NCBI RefSeq assembly: GCF_000150275.1
Contig: NW_002060943.1
Span: 5,724,008 to 5,788,007 of the forward strand
Source of the DNA: Trichoplax adhaerens
Lineage: Eukaryota > Animalia > Placozoa
Direction: 5' to 3'
DNA length: 64,000 nt
In this document: piece by piece, positions 40,148 to 53,136 of the stretch
How the letters are laid out: each line of letters opens with the position of its first letter
How positions within the stretch are numbered: the first letter of the stretch is position 1
Position numbers and translations under genes: made by a program
Notes under the pieces: model-generated
Told to the model about the DNA's origin: nothing
Databases searched by the model: none
Seen by the model: only the letters and a program-made list of their open reading frames with translations

Positions 40148-41353
40148 ATACGCCAAATCCTGCAAGCTTTTATATGCTGCCCCTTATCAGTGGGAAGAAC
40201 TATACTAGCGGTTTGGTGCGTGTCAAGTATGGAAGTAGGTATGGTTAGATATGTTCCAGCGATTGGAATCTCCATGCTGCAGATGTGGTTTGTTGTCAAA
40301 TTGGACGCATCACTGCTTATACTACTAATCGTAAGTTTTTCATGCTTGATAGCGCCCGTATTAAATTAGTTTCTAATTTTCAACAATTAATATATAGTTA
40401 CAGTGAATATGTATCCTACAAATCCGGAAGCAATTATTTTTGACATCAGCTGTTATGGACACGAAGCGATTATCGATAGTTGTAATATATCAAGATCTTA
40501 CTCTAATTGTGCCTCATTCCCTGTTAGCGCTGTTTCTTGTATTCCTAGGCAAAGGAAATACAGTAAGAGATTATTAAACAAAGTCGTTCAATAGCTACAC
40601 AGATATTGTTTTATTATAACAGATTGATTTAATCACTTTAGAATTTAAGAGCAAAAAAAAGCTATTTCATATCGAAGCAGTATCTTTTAGATATTTAATA
40701 ACAGTCTGATTCTTACGTTTCAGTTATTTACAACAGGCCTACTTATTGCTCATTTCAATATGGCATGTGCAGCTGGAGTTCTAGTGGACGTTCAACTTGG
40801 AATGGGCATCCACAAGACAACAAACACTTTAAGCCTTTTACATACTCAAATTGTAAGCTATCAGACTAGCATGAGCAATGCTGGTACTTCATGTAGCTAC
40901 CTGTTACAACATTGAGCAACATCCATAATTAATAAACTTTATTGGATTTCATATTTTATAGACTTAGGATTTGTATATGTATGCATATCGAGCACAGGGT
41001 AGTACTAGCCCTGTTAAAGCAACTTTAACTAGCCCTCTCATATGCCAAGAATCATATCGAACTCTATATGTATGATGAGAGTAACAAGTATAATATGATG
41101 CTAAAATCTTGCTGTTATTCAATCATAAAATGATCACTTAATTTAGCTGTATCTGTCACAATATTTTTGAATGAAATTTGCACAGATTTCCTTGCTATAC
41201 AGCACCATCGGAAATTCTTATGATTACTTGAAAGTTTTTTATGAGCGCGAACGAGGATCAACGTATACTTTATATAGAAACTTTGGCTTAAGCTCTGGTT
41301 CAACTTGGGTGCAAGCATATACTAAAAGCTTTTATTCATATTCTTCGTTCTAC
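40148..41353 (+). pseudogene. Paralogue E: SRCR2-MAM2 fragment, pseudogene
   Basis: Exons 40148-40330 (in-frame TAG at 40246-40248 in 'YG*ICSSDW'), 40398-40562, 40724-40852, 40962-41069 (4-nt TATG duplication at about 40976-40983 shifts frame), 41186-41353. No signal or TM exon found nearby. Confidence 0.82.
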
Positions 41354-43723
41354 GTAAGTTTTATTACTTGGCGTAATCTTACTTCCTATTTAAGAACTAT
41401 CACGAAAAATATAGCGCTGGTATCTATTATTTTACTAATGGTTGTGTCGCTCACATCCCACTACCTACTCTCCTCTAATGTGAGTGATCAACTAACTTAC
41501 TAGCTACTTAGTCGCTCCAACTAACTACAGAGAGATACTGTAAGTAAGACTAACAACTTTCTCACAAGTATAATAAGCGGCTTGTTGTAAGATTAGTTTT
41601 ATGAGTTTTTAATTCTATTCGTACAACGAAAGTATAGTACCTTGTCGTACACTAGAGAAGTGTCAACTGAGCGATATGTTTTCTGCTCGGGCTTATATAC
41701 AGTCGCCATACTACGCAACAGGATAATACACGAAATAGGAATGGATAGAAACGATATCGAAGGAAAACTTTTGAAGATGTTAGCTTTAAATTTCCTATTT
41801 ATGATCTATTACTCTAGACTGCTTTTTATACTCCAATATAATTCTACGAACCAAATTAAGTTGTACCCGTTAAGAATTTAAGGCTTAGCCTACATTGAAA
41901 TGAAATAAAATGTATGTTAAAGTTGTATTTGAATATGGTTTATACAGATAATGGTATTTTAAACTGCAGATTTGTCACCTCTTCATAGCTAAGACTATGG
42001 TCATTTCTAAGAATAGATTAAGCAAATCAAATTGGCTATTTGAAATAAAGAGAGCCTATCTTAAAATAACTGTATGTATTTACACTTTATGTCATTAATT
42101 TGAAACTAGAGGTCAGGTCCTACTCCAAATTAATCAATAATGTTCACAACATCTTCATGGCAATCTCACCTATTATCCTATCCAGTCCGTATCAGCTATA
42201 ATAACAACTTTAGTATTTTAGTACTTAACCAGTAGCACCCACGCTAGTTCTGCTTGGCCTACTTACATTTTTTTACTTTGCACTAGTCCCGTGCACGTTC
42301 AAATGAACGTGAATGTATTCTATAAGAACCATTACACTGCCAGAAAATTCTCAGCTAGGTTGTCATGGCATATATGAATCCCTTCCTCGTCTTACATCGC
42401 ACTAACAGTAGACTATGTCAATAAATTTAATTTTCAATGTTTTGCTTTCGTCCTTAATAACACACAGTATACTTCTGTATTCTCTTTTTTTCTGTTCATT
42501 AATTAATTATAGGATTTTCTTCTGTAATGATACTGTAGTAGTGTAGTATGCATGGCAGAAATTAGCACATAATGCGTGCTATTCTCTCTCTATTAGTAGT
42601 TGCCGAGGACTACTCAATCAATTGCGAATTATTGGCTCCTTCTATGGTCAGGGGCTACTAAAGAGAGAAAAGTAGTCGCAGTCCAATGTCCATATAACTT
42701 CCATATCAGGTGCATCTTGAATAATTTGACTATATGCCGTGTAGTGCAATAGTTTCCCTTTCTTTTAACTTTTCTGTACTTTACGTTATATTGTACCTAA
42801 CATCGGCATTATGACAGTCTGTGAATTACGCTGGGTCAGACGATGGCCTATTAGAAGGAAACTCAGCTTTTCTTCTGCTAGTCTATGACCATGGACCAGA
42901 CCATATAGGTTGCCGTTACCTCAAAAGACGAGAAGATAGAGAATCTTTCTATCACTGTCGTCATGTGCTGGGACGCTTTGGGACAAAAAGCTATCAGTCC
43001 AGCATACGATAGTGTGGAAAAAAGGCGGCTAAAACGGCGCATTCTACAAGTACTTGTCCAAGCAAAATTGCCAAGTTTTACAATCTTGATCGATTTTACT
43101 ACGATATGATTAGGACAAATCTACTGAGGATACTGTATAGCCGTTTTTGCGACATTTCTAGATACGTCATGGGAAATGACTACGTCTGCACTACAGTACA
43201 GTATAGTCAATTATAAATTACTTCATTGCCAGCTTCACTAAGATATAACCAAATCATTCAAAATATTCTTTCTTTACTACTGTAGTCTGTGTCGAAGACA
43301 AGATTAGAAGACAAGTCCAGTATCAAGTTAGTTTGTCTTGTCTTTATTATTCATGATTAGCAGGAAGTAACTTTCGAGTGTACTGCGCAAATCAATCTGC
43401 TGTTTTAATTGGATATCAAGAACGATATTAATATGCAGTCTGAACTATACCATTGTAAGTCATTAGTCATTAGTCTATAAATAAATCGGAATAAATTAAA
43501 TTAAAATGGAAATGCCTTTTAGTCTGTAGACGTACGGAATGGTATAGAATTAATTGATTTCATTGCAAAGGAGAAAGGTGGGGACATCTGCCGGATCCAA
43601 CAAATACGGTATAGGTGTAGAAGACAGTATCAGCGAGCCATATGAAGAAGACAAGATAGATCAGTCTTGGCTACTGTACTACTAGTGAAGAGAAGTCGCT
43701 GTTGATAAAGTAAGGTACAGTAA

Positions 43724-46700
43724 ATGGCTTCCAAAGCCATTGCAATTTTATATGTTACCCTAGTTTATCTTTCCTTCACGATTATCGCTACGTATGGAGA
43801 TCAAGTAGCAGTGAAGGAAAGTAAAGACGATTGTCCAAGCAATTGTAAATGTGAAAATGATCAAGTTCGGTGTAGCCATTTCATACTCAATCAAGACCTT
43901 CAATTACCCGAAAAAACAAAACTCTTGTAAGTGATATTAATTAATCAATAGTTTTCATGTCTTGAAGGTGGTATCAGTATTTTACCAAGCGTTTTATATC
44001 GATTCAAAGTTGTCATTAGGTATATGCCCTTGCCATGCTAACTACTGGGTAAATTTGATGTTTAAATGACTGTAACCTACGGTTAACTTTATTACCGCTT
44101 ATCATTCAGTTTCGATTATAATGATGCAATTTAAAATGGATCAAGTCGTATACTATCTTTTAGCTACCAACCACCATTATAAATTAATTTGGACAGTAAT
44201 GGATAGTTTTTATGCCGAAATGATGACCGATAGAATCATAACACCGACGCACTCTTGATCGTGATTGTTGCAGTTAATCTTTCTGCTAGAAAGATATTGT
44301 TCCAAACGTACGTAATATCTTTCCGTTTATAGTGTACAGTAAGTCAGTAAGGTTGTTCACTCCAATCAGTATAATTAAAATTATTAAAATTAACGCCCTT
44401 TTCTACTCGTACTAAATCGACACGAAGTTTATGACAAGTGAGAAAAGCATTTTATTGCAGACATTTCATTGGATTTGCTAGGTACTTTACGCGTTTCTCA
44501 ATGGCATTAATGCAGTATTTTGCCATACAGTGCGACAAACCAGTTGAAGGAGTCCAACAGCAGTACTGTATTCAGCCTCCAGTTTTCATCCACTTGACAG
44601 GCATATTTTAAGCTTCGCTTGTATCGTCTCTAGATTTAAACAGGTTTAGGGCAAAAATTCAATTAATACTGTGTAATAACTCCGTTAGAATTTCGATCTA
44701 ATCTTCTTATTATTGCGCTAGTGATTGCTGCACTGGCCGGTAGAGACTGTGCATACTCATTGTAGGCCTTTTACTGTTTTGCCATGTCTCCTCTCTTTCT
44801 TCTCCACATAACTACGCATAAACAGAGAACAGACGGTAAAATTGAACTGTTACCGCACAGTAAAGAATGTTGATAAAATAGTAGTCTAGCCGCGATTGTT
44901 CAAGTCTGCAATCCTAAGAATCGGCAGCTTCTGTGTAACTAATGAATAATATTACTGTATAAACGTCAGCAGAGCAATGGTAAGATACTGGTATCTACTA
45001 ATTCACGATCCACTGCCGCCACCGCGATGTAAACTTCCTATTAGAGATTAATGACCTCCAATTTATTCTATCTAAATAAAATAATATTATTAATGAAAAT
45101 CGGAAGCAATTAAACCTTGACCCTGTAAGTGTTGGAATGTCAGCAGATACATTGGATCTACACCCAACATTTCTGTAGAGTAGGACAGAAAGGTCTCGGA
45201 ACTGAATTTGATTCGAAATTCGAATAGAGCCCAAGATAATAACGATAATCTAGTCTAAAATGCCTGAATCTCATCCTCGCTGAACGGTCATATATTTTAC
45301 AGTATGATTTTAGATCATTTAACAACTAGCATTCCATTACGTCATTTGCCGTTATAACGGTAATCCTACTACAACATAGATGCTTACACTTTCGGTAAGG
45401 TGCCTTATATTGATAAACTGCTAGCTGATATGGATTACCATCGACGTATTGACGTCTTCGTTGATACATCATGTTCCTAGTTCACGACAATGTCATGGCA
45501 AAGTTATTATTAGAGAAAACAAGATCAATATTGATCATTCAATGAACCAACTTCTTACGGTAATAGGAAATCTTCATCCCTACAGCAGTATCACTGCAGT
45601 TAAACTATCATTTTTGGCCGATACTGTAAAGTAACAACATTCCTGCAAATTCTACATCGTATTTCAAAAAATCGGAAAATCGAAACTTTTACGAAATGAT
45701 TAATGTCTCTTGCTTTGCCATAGTTAAACACCTTTCATCTCTAACCAGTTTTAAAATCAAGATACTCTAGTATGAGGTTTCTATCGCTTAAATGGTTGAT
45801 ACTGAACAAGAATACATTCTACTAGATAATTATTTAACGCCCTTTCAAACTGCAGTACAGCATTTTCTCGGTTGGAAATGTAAATTGTTTTTGATATTTA
45901 TCTGGTGAACAAGCAAAAATGACAAGCTACGTCTATCATTAATCTGTAACTACTCTTAGCTATTGCCTACGTTATACACTTTAACTATAAAATGAAGTAA
46001 TAATTGACTATTTTTATCATGTAATTGTCATTAGAATCTTTGAGAACGCAGTTTCATGCGAAGACGAACATTTACATAATCTGCTACCATTAGCCCTTTC
46101 TAAGCAGATAAAAATAAGTGGCCAGTGTAGCAAGCCCAAACGTCTCATTGGCAGCAGCTTAGCAGAATTAATCGCGGAAAAGCTTAGCTCCACTAATCAT
46201 CTTCGTGATAAAAGATCTAATTTTGCTACTCCTTCAATATACAACTTTACAGGTAACGGTACTAATCCTGCCGGTGTAGCTAAATAATATTCTTCTAATG
46301 TAATTTAATAACATTATTAACTTTACCACCTAAGGTAATAATTCTTATTAAATACATGAAAGAAATAATTATAATAAAACAGAATTACAGTTAGTATTTG
46401 CATATTAAATGGTACATTATTTACAGTGAGCTTTGTTATAATTTTAGAAACACCACAAGCTACAGCAGGTTGTACCTTTGACGAGGGTATGTGTGGATGG
46501 GTCCAGTTAAGTAATGTCGACTTTTTCGATTGGACTCGTCACAGTGGCAGTACTCCTAGCAGCTATACAGGGCCAAGATATGACCATACGTCAAATAGTA
46601 GTAAGTATAGCAAGTATTCTTATAATCTTTAATGTCTAACATGGTACCGCTGTAATATTTAGATAGTATCATTGGTATAGTTTATATGATTTTCTTCAGG

Positions 46701-49700
46701 ATAGCTAAAAGTATCCTGTGGCATAATTTAAATCATTTTAATAGCGCATTGCCGCCTAATTTATGCGTTTATCATTCATTTTATCTCTTGATAGCTGAGG
46801 GCTTTTACATTTACACCGAGACATCAAGGCCAAGAGTGCTTGGAGAATATGCGGATTTAATGAGCCCTCCGATGCTTGCAGCCACTAGCAGTTCCACGGT
46901 TGAGGTAAGGTACACATGGATTTGCTTTACCAGCAAGTTAGGACAATGATCATATAAATGAGTGATATCTAGATTATTGCAAAATCGTTAAATCTTTACA
47001 ACAACACCAATATTATGGCCTATCTGACCAACTTTGCAATATATCTCTAACCAATTGATTATAGAATAAACTATAGCTATTAAAGACTAGCCCTACCTGA
47101 TGCTGTTGCACAGTCATTCATCTTTGTAATGGCTGCATCATCTATCATACTCGATCACATAGCTAATAAATATAACTATAAATAACAAGAAATACATGTA
47201 CTACGGAAGACTATGAGCAGGTAGTTTTTAAAAGCATCATTGCGAAATTGAGAAGTATGGTAATATAGAAACAGGAGTAAGAAGTTGAATTTAAATTATC
47301 AACTACTCATTCTGTAGTCCAAACTTAGACTGGATATAAATGCAATTCAAACGATAACCTAAAAGTAGGATATAGCAGTCAAGCTTTGTTAACTGTACGT
47401 AGTGAAAATGATAAATAGATATTTAATGACCGAGACCGAATTAAGTAAATAATATATATACTTTCATTTATTTACTTAGAGCAAATCGATACCTTTTAAA
47501 ATATTATTAAGCCTGCTGCCCATTAACGCGCAAAATTATATCTTTTACTGAGCTGCTATTATTAACAAAACGATTCTGCATTGCTTTATACGGTTAAGTT
47601 CTATTTAATATTTTGCACAAGAACTACTACTTAGTATTTAAGTGAATAAATCTATAACGCTCTGCACATGTGTGGTATCGGAAATTCAGAATTATTTCCC
47701 TAAATCTCTAACATTTAGAAATACCTTATCGACCGTATTCAATGACATGAGATGTTTTGCTAATTCCAATTTTAGGTCAAATTTTACTATCATGCATATG
47801 GAAGCTCGCTAGGAAAACTACAACTCTATGCGATGTACCCATCCGTTAGCCAGGCTTTTTACTCCATCACCAATGTTAGCCTTTATTCTGTGAATCAATG
47901 GAGACCATTTTCTACGACTTTTCAGCCTCTTTACAATCCATATCGTGTTAGTAATCATAGCCTGATTAAATTTTTCCTTTGCTTATAAGTGGAACATGCT
48001 ATAAAAATTCAGATAATACGTTAATGTAATTATTTCAGTTATCTTGTATATTTAATTTCAACTTGGTATATTACTGGAATATTTTCCTGCATGATCTCTG
48101 TGTTCATCTTGAAAGTAAAATAAAAAGCAAAGTTATACGAAGTCTAATTTATTAATAGTTATTGTATTTTTCATTTTTCGAGTAGATTATAATTCGTGGA
48201 ACAGTTGGACAGTCTTACACTGGTGATAACGCAATTGACGATATTTTTATCTCATCTGTCGGTACGAACAGTTACATATTCTAGCTATCTGTTATCTAAT
48301 ATTTTAAATTTATACTATGTACTAAATCTCTTTCAAAAATTATTTTTTATCTTTAATACGGCTTTACATAGAGAACAATTGTTATGTGCCCTTTTCGGAA
48401 GTTTACAGAGGAATAAATTCTCAAACTACTTCCGGTAGTTATTGCCGGAGTTGGGCCTCTTCCACTGCTCAATATTACAATCATACACCATCAAATTATC
48501 CTTACAGTGATTTAGGGTTCAGTTATTGCCGAAATCCTGGAGGGGAGCGAAGCAGACCTTGGTGCTACGTTTCTACAGGTTCAACTTGGGATTATTGCAA
48601 CATACCACGTTGTATTGCTCCTACAACCACTCGTGCTCAATATCCGTTAGGAAGTAGGTTAAGATAGAAGATATTAAAAATATCTAAACATCCATTGTAT
48701 TACTGCAATGAATAATTTATCTGTAAATTTTATGCTAAGAACTTCTGTAGCGTATTGTAGAGTTACGGTATATCGCTGCACATTTACTTTATTGTGAATA
48801 ACAATAATGAAACAAAACATTTAATACGTTATATATGACAGTATAATTAGTTAAAGTGTTGCAGTAACAAATAAATGTTTTATTAAAATTTGACATTAAT
48901 AATTAATTAAGGATGCTGTATATCAGCATCATGTTACTATATCGTTGTAATAGTAGAAGTCATATGAAAGATCGATTAAAGTAGCTACAAACAAGAAGAT
49001 TATTTAAAATTTAGCAACTTTTACGGTATTTATGGAATTGCTTGAGTAATTTACTAAAGAACATGTATTCTTGAAACTCATATCTTGAATCGTCACCACT
49101 TTTATTGGCGTAAGTACAAGCAAAGTATGAAAATATAAAAGCTGTCCGTAAATGCAGACTTACTAAAATTACAGTATTAACAGAACTTACCACCAAGAAT
49201 TCTCGATATCACCACGATATTCCTAAAAGCATTTTCATTCACATTCATTGTAAATCTTACTAAATCAATGTATATTGGAAGTTGATAGCTGGAATGACAA
49301 TATCCTATCATAAATACAGTATGTTATAGTTCGTCCTAATGAAACGTGTAAATGTTATTTGGTAACCTACCGATTGCAAAATATGCTATATAATTTAATT
49401 AATAATTACTTATATTCTTTACTTTATTTAAGTCAATATTTTGATTCTAATCAATATAATTTAAATCTTTATTTATTTCATTCAGGGCGATATCCGGTAG
49501 CCTTGATTAATTTCGATCATGGCCAGCACTACATCGGTCGTGTTGCTATTTACCACGATGGGGAATGGGGCACTATTTACGGGAGAAGTCTTTCACATTC
49601 ATTCATAGGTCTTCTATGTAAACAGGCCGGTCTAGGAAATTACGGATTACGTTATTACGGAGCTGGTAAATTTGATATGGCATGTTAGATTTGCTAACAA

Positions 49701-52700
49701 ATTAGTTCTTAATAATATACATACGTTAAAGTCTTAGCAGATCTCACTAAATTATCAAGCCGCCCAAGCATGCTTGGGTTATATTACTATGTATTTAATC
49801 TAAACATTGTGTATGATTTAATTTTCTGAATGATTGCGGTATCCATAGGATATGGTATCGCTGGCGTTGGAAAAGTCTGGTTGGATTATACTCGTATTGC
49901 TTGTCCGGCATCAAGCAATTCGATTAACAACTGTACTTTAGGATCATGGGGTAGCACTTACGGACATAGCTCTGATCTTTGGCTAACATGCTCTTGGCAT
50001 TCTACAAACACAACTGCAAACCCAGCTGTATCTACATGTTGGTCTCTTTTAGTTATCCTAATCTTGTAGCATGCAATTGCTCTTCTTGTATTTAGCATTT
50101 ATTTTTCTACAATTAGCACCTTAATATATTTTTCAGTTGTATTTTAAAAATTATATATCTTTTTTAAACTTTCAATAATATACCATCAAGCAGTCTCTAC
50201 TGCAAATTTTTTAAGCTTATACAAGTTAAGTCTTCAAGACGGAAGAAATTCAACAACTGGTTGGGTTCAAGTTGATTACAATACTCGATCTGGTGCAATA
50301 TGTTCATCCAGCTGGAATTTAAATAGCGCTGATGTAGTTTGCCGTTAACTAGGTTATATTGGTGCATATTCTTTTAATTGTAAGTAAGCTATGCTATTAT
50401 TGCCACTTCTTCCTGATTGACTAATTTTATTCCTGCAGTTAATGTACATAATACTACTATGTAAGACACTTCATTCTCTCTATAAACAGCTTTATCTGGC
50501 TCAGACCCGCCGTCAGCAGTTACTACTGTAATTAGTTATATATATTGCCGCGGATACGAACCAAGTATAGATGCATGCACCTTAAGAACTACTCCCTCTA
50601 TTTGCTATTCATCATCGATTCGTCAAGTATCTTGCAATCCAGGGCGATCGATTTATTGTAAGATAATTATATTTAATAAATATATAGGTCAACCACATTT
50701 ATATTGCTTGGTTTATTAGAGCAAAATAGGATTTCACCTGCAGCATTAATTGTATAAAGCAATGAGTTATTGGTTACGCTGATATTGCATTTAATAACCA
50801 TTATACCATCGTATCCTCATATTAGTCAGTTATAACAAGCCAGAATACTGCACATTTCAGTATGGTCTCTGTGGCTGGAAAGCAACCGGAAAAAAAACAT
50901 GGATTTGGTACCCCCGTAATAGCGGGCACTTTTCTCCTTTTGGAGGACAAAGTTGTGAGTAGCACTCATACTTAATGATAATTTGATTTTAGCAATACTA
51001 GCTAGGGGAGATATATATTCAATACTGCATACACTCTCGATAAGGTTATTTAATCGTAAAATTAATTTTTCAAAATATTTCATCAATATCTTATAGATTC
51101 GTCCTTTATATATGCCTATCAAGCTGCCAGGTCTACCGCAGTTGTAGCAACACTAGTTAGCCCTCGAATATATAGAGCATTTCGAACACAATATGTACGG
51201 TACTTATGGCAATAACATTCCTTTAATGAAATATAATAGCTGTACCTATTTATTTGATTGGATTCTGTAGGTTCGATTTCAATATTACGTTATGGGCTAC
51301 AATTTTGATTCTTTGGTACTTTCGTACAGTCCAAGTGCTTCAGTTAGTTACACCATCTACAGTACATACAGATTAAGTTCTGGAGTGAAAGGAGTTTGGA
51401 TCGGGAAATCCAGCAATAGCTTCTATCCGAATGGAAATTACATAGTAAGTTCATACTTTATAGTTTATAAATATGTCAACACCAACATTCAGACAAACCA
51501 TTCTCTGGATGTAAGAAGTCACTGAAAGCAATTGCCTTTAAGTTTACATTACCATAATCACATCACGTATGTCCAAACAGATCTTTACATTTAGAATGCA
51601 ATTGATGTAGATATTAAAGCGACTGTATCTCAATGCAATACAAGTTGGCGAAACCAGTTAACACTTCAAATCATATTTTAAACTTTCTAGCTAAGATTGG
51701 TCTGTAAAACATACTCCGGATCTCCATCTTCAAGTTCTGGTGTTGGATTTAGAAATATAATTTTATTTTATGGATATAGTTCATTTGTTTCAACCTATAC
51801 ACCTACCAATGGTATGTACTCATATAAATACTTCAAGAACTAAACTATTTGCATTTAACATAGAAATATGATAAATTTTAATACTCCTAAAGAAAGTTTC
51901 GTAGGTTCAAATCTGTCTTTCGTCAATGTAGGCTACAATCCTCATGTCAACGTTACTAGCATAATAATTGGCGTTACGGTAACAATTATACTTATAATAT
52001 TCGCAATTATAATATTTACGTACCGACATCGCTATATAAACTCCCGTGGAAGACCTTTTAATAGTCCTAGCTCTGGAATGCCTGTACCCGGAACAAGAAT
52101 AACTAATCCTCCACCAAATACTTCAAGCAACACCTCTACTGCACCACCACCAGGTATAGTAAAATGATTCTTTTAATGGTTTTGCCCCAGCTATTCATAT
52201 TATAGTCAGCTTTCTGAGTATCGTAGTCGCTGCATTTCTTCTAAGAATTCATATTTTAAGATCCATACAATTAATACCGGGGTCTTTAGTAAGTCACCGT
52301 ATTAGTCTATTAATAGTCGCAGAACAATAAGCTACTTTTGAAAACAATCATGATTACTTGGCAAATTTTAAAATGGTATTTATTTGATTAAGTTGATCAG
52401 CATTCTTTAAGCTTTTAAATATAAAATGAAATGCTGTATTGTATCATTATTATTCAAAACAATGGAACTTAGTTACAGCCTTTATAACTAATGATGCATA
52501 TTAATTCCATTTATTGCTTTTATGACTATTTGGCGTTGTACCGTAGCATATGGTGTCGCAGTGACCTCACAAACTCCAGGTATTTTACAATAACTAGTAT
52601 AAATGAACACTGTACTTATCAAACCGCTACGTTTCTATTAAAATCGTAGCGGCCAATACTATGTATTCTCTCATCTCAATGATTATCTCAATTCGGAAGC

Positions 52701-53136
52701 TTTTTCGTCAGTCCATTTTGTTTCTGATCAAAGGTATTAGCTATCCTGCAGTATATGGAGCTCCACCACCCGGCCATGGAGTTGCTCAACCTGGTTATGG
52801 ATTCGGACAAACTCCATACGTAGTTAGCTATAATGTAAATGCAGGTATGCATCCTATAGGACTCAATCCAAGTAATAAGTTTATATTTCTTCTCATTATT
52901 CTTAAATTTGAAAGTTGCAGAATACATCAATTTTTGCATTTTTCATCGAATTTTAGATACTAATCCATAATAATATAAGCATAAACAGTATAGCGAAATA
53001 ATAGTAATTGCATTATCTTACATCTACAGGGACTCCTCAAACTTCACCTCCATTATATGAAACGGTATCCCAATCGCAGAATACAACTCATGCAGCCGAA
53101 ATGCAGAATAATGAATTAAGCAAAATTAATACATAG
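43724..53136 (+). CDS. Paralogue F, full architecture with RDKR site and PPxY/Pro-Tyr-rich tail; one internal nonsense codon (TAA 50346-50348)
   Basis: Exons 43724-43926, 46035-46252; MAM1 46448-46600, 46795-46904, 47776-47946, 48186-48261; kringle 48372-48653; SRCR1 49486-49665, 49849-50037; SRCR2 50191-50379 (VVCR*LGY), 50490-50657; MAM2 50826-50954, 51097-51194, 51271-51444, 51691-51811; TM 51932-52153; tail 52547-52579, 52734-52844, 53030-53136 (TAG). All other exons read open. Confidence 0.85.

Noticed and set aside
42300-43150. Slightly GC-richer stretch with a 63-aa ORF (42821-43012) as a transposon or gene relic
   Set aside because: No terminal repeats, target-site duplication or recognisable protein motif in the frames I read on either strand.
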